This document shows positions 62,101 through 64,000 of a stretch of DNA of 64,000 bases, piece after piece. The translations under genes and the position numbers were made by a program. The DNA comes from Eledone cirrhosa (lineage: Eukaryota): assembly GCA_964016885.1 (NCBI GenBank), contig OZ024741.1, positions 266,538,001 through 266,602,000 on the forward strand. Reading direction: 5' to 3'. The notes under the pieces were generated by a model. That model saw only the letters and a program-made list of their open reading frames with translations, was not told the DNA's origin and did not search any database. Numbering within the stretch: position 1 is the stretch's first letter; every line of letters starts with the position of its first letter.

Positions 62101-63564
62101 TGGCACCAAGCTGTTGAAACATCTGCTGTATGAAAACAGCTTTTCCATGTCATACCCTCATAAAAAAATAAATTGTGTTCTAATATAAAAATTCTTCAGC
62201 AACCCAATATAGCCACTTTTTCTAATATGGCACTACCTATTATTTTCAATGAATTTTGAAAATGATAAAGAATTTGGAAGGATTTAGTAAAATTACTGTC
62301 TCGCTAAGTTGGTCTATGAAACATAACTTAAAGATTCTTACATAAAATTATGATGGAAGATTTTTAGATAAATATATAAAGTTTTAAATAAACGGCTTGG
62401 TATTGTAAAGCCAGGAACAATTTCAGCCAGGTTTCATTAGCCTAGAATTGTAAACTATGAATGTAAACATACCATCTATCTAGCTGGTAAGGAAATATTC
62501 ATATACTTAGTATATAAAATAGTTACTCTTACTGTGACTAACAAGAGTTGAGCTGTGCAGTCAAATGATCCATTTTTTAGATGTTATTGGCCTAGAAGAG
62601 GCTGTTCCCATTACTTTTGCAGGCCCTGTAAAATATTGCTTAGATGGTTTGGATGCAGCATGGTTGAATGGTTCTGGGTTCAAACTCAACTGCATCACTC
62701 CATGGGCAAGTGTCATTTACAATAGCCTTAAGTTGACCCAAGCCTTGTGAATGAAACTGGGTAGATGGAAACTATTTGAAAGCCAATTAGATGGACTGAA
62801 CCTTCAATTCATAGGGCCAGCTTTGCTAGATAGTCATGCTGAATCTCCATGATAATTACATTACATTTAGTTATCAACCTAGCCAAAACTGGCTCTGGTT
62901 GTATGAAATAAAACCACCCATTTTATAGGTTTCCAATTTAATTAAAAATCTAATATAATTTTATATAAGAACCTTTCATTAAGTTACTAAGTAATGAAAC
63001 AATTAATAATTTTAGTAAATCCCTCAAAATTCTCCATTAATTTATCAAAATAGTGTATTTCATAAGAACTGCAGTCGTGAAAGGGTTAAAGGTCTGTTGA
63101 ATGCTCAGTCACTTGTAAGTTAATTTCAATGAGAAAGTTGTTCTAACAACTAGCACACTCTTCATTGTAACTAAATATCCATTTCATTCCAGAACATAAT
63201 GTATATCAAGTAAATGGAACATAAATAAATGCAAAAAAAAGCTTTAAACACATTATTAAATGATGTATGTATATATTAAATGGTGTGTGTATATATACAG
63301 GAGTGTTGGAGTAATTTTCATACCTCAATTTACTGATCCTACAAATGTGGACGACCCAACATGTTGGTAGCTTAATTTCTGACTCCTACCACAACAAAAT
63401 ATAATTACAACACTGGAGTTGATTGTATATAAAGTATGTCTAATTTGGCCATAAAATAATTTTAGGGTGGTAACTGTCCTGTAAAATCACACAGACTAGT
63501 GGTTAGTTAGTCTCATGATTGTAAGACTGTGGATTCAATCCCCAAACCAGATGGTACACTGTCT

Positions 63565-63797
63565 TTAACCCTTAAGTTTACCAACCCGGCCAACACTGGT
63601 TCTGGTTCTATGAAATAAAATCATCCATTTTAAAGGTTTCCAATTTAAATTAAAATCCTCCAACATAATTCTTTATAAGAACGTTACATTAAGTTACTAT
63701 CTTAGTAATGAAATAATTAATAATTTTAGTAAATCCTTTGAAATTTTTAATTAAAATAGAATGCATTTCATTAGAAATGCAACCATCAAAAGGTTAA
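63565..63797 (-). mobile_element. Family C MITE inserted into the CORE domain of a SINE
   Basis: TTAA TSD at 63565-63568 / 63794-63797; flanks rejoin to GTCTTTAAGGTAGACACTTCATTTCACATTG. A close relative lies at about 62870-63089. Confidence 0.85.
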
Positions 63798-64000
63798 GGT
63801 AGACACTTCATTTCACATTGTTAGTTTTAAACTTAAGTATCATCAGCAACAGCTGGGAGGTTAATTTTGTGACCTGGTCTTGTAGTCTGGCATCATGTAC
63901 TTCTAGGCCCAAGAGATTTTTATATATAGCACCTTAGAGACAAACAATTTTAACAACAAAAGGACTGATTTCAACCTGGTTAGATCTCAAGTGTTGGTTC

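Noticed and set aside
1-64000. Autonomous piggyBac transposase or intact RTE reverse transcriptase
   Set aside because: No long ORF or catalytic motifs present; only non-autonomous or decayed copies.

Overview
AT-rich, repeat-dense eukaryotic (animal) genomic DNA. The repeat repertoire (tRNA-headed SINEs, RTE-clade LINE relics with (ATG)n tails, TTAA-flanked piggyBac-type MITEs, long TA/TG microsatellites) matches what I recall from octopus genomes; the taxon is an inference. There is no prokaryotic operon, rRNA, intact tRNA, CRISPR array or intact transposase/RT ORF, and essentially all ORFs in the supplied track are spurious or decayed-TE frames. The window reads as the 5' part of one large, intron-rich + strand gene with several alternative starts: a CpG-retaining promoter zone at about 11.0-13.5 kb with two candidate non-coding first exons, a first coding exon at 34508-34598 (MTETAHQVNGPSSPPGKFIDSI, phase-1 GTAAGT donor), an RFX X-box region at about 54.5 kb, and an exon starting at 58393 that holds two tandem, equal-length (43 nt) ATG-to-donor modules (MGLADRMVNMFTLD and MGLVLTNGNLHHNH), both phase 1. 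The shared downstream exons lie outside the window, so the gene cannot be named. The introns carry many inverted repeats able to form dsRNA in the pre-mRNA, including one that covers the donor of a candidate 62-nt poison exon (38703-38764). All exon calls come from splice and start motifs only and need transcript data; repeat boundaries without a stated TSD are approximate.
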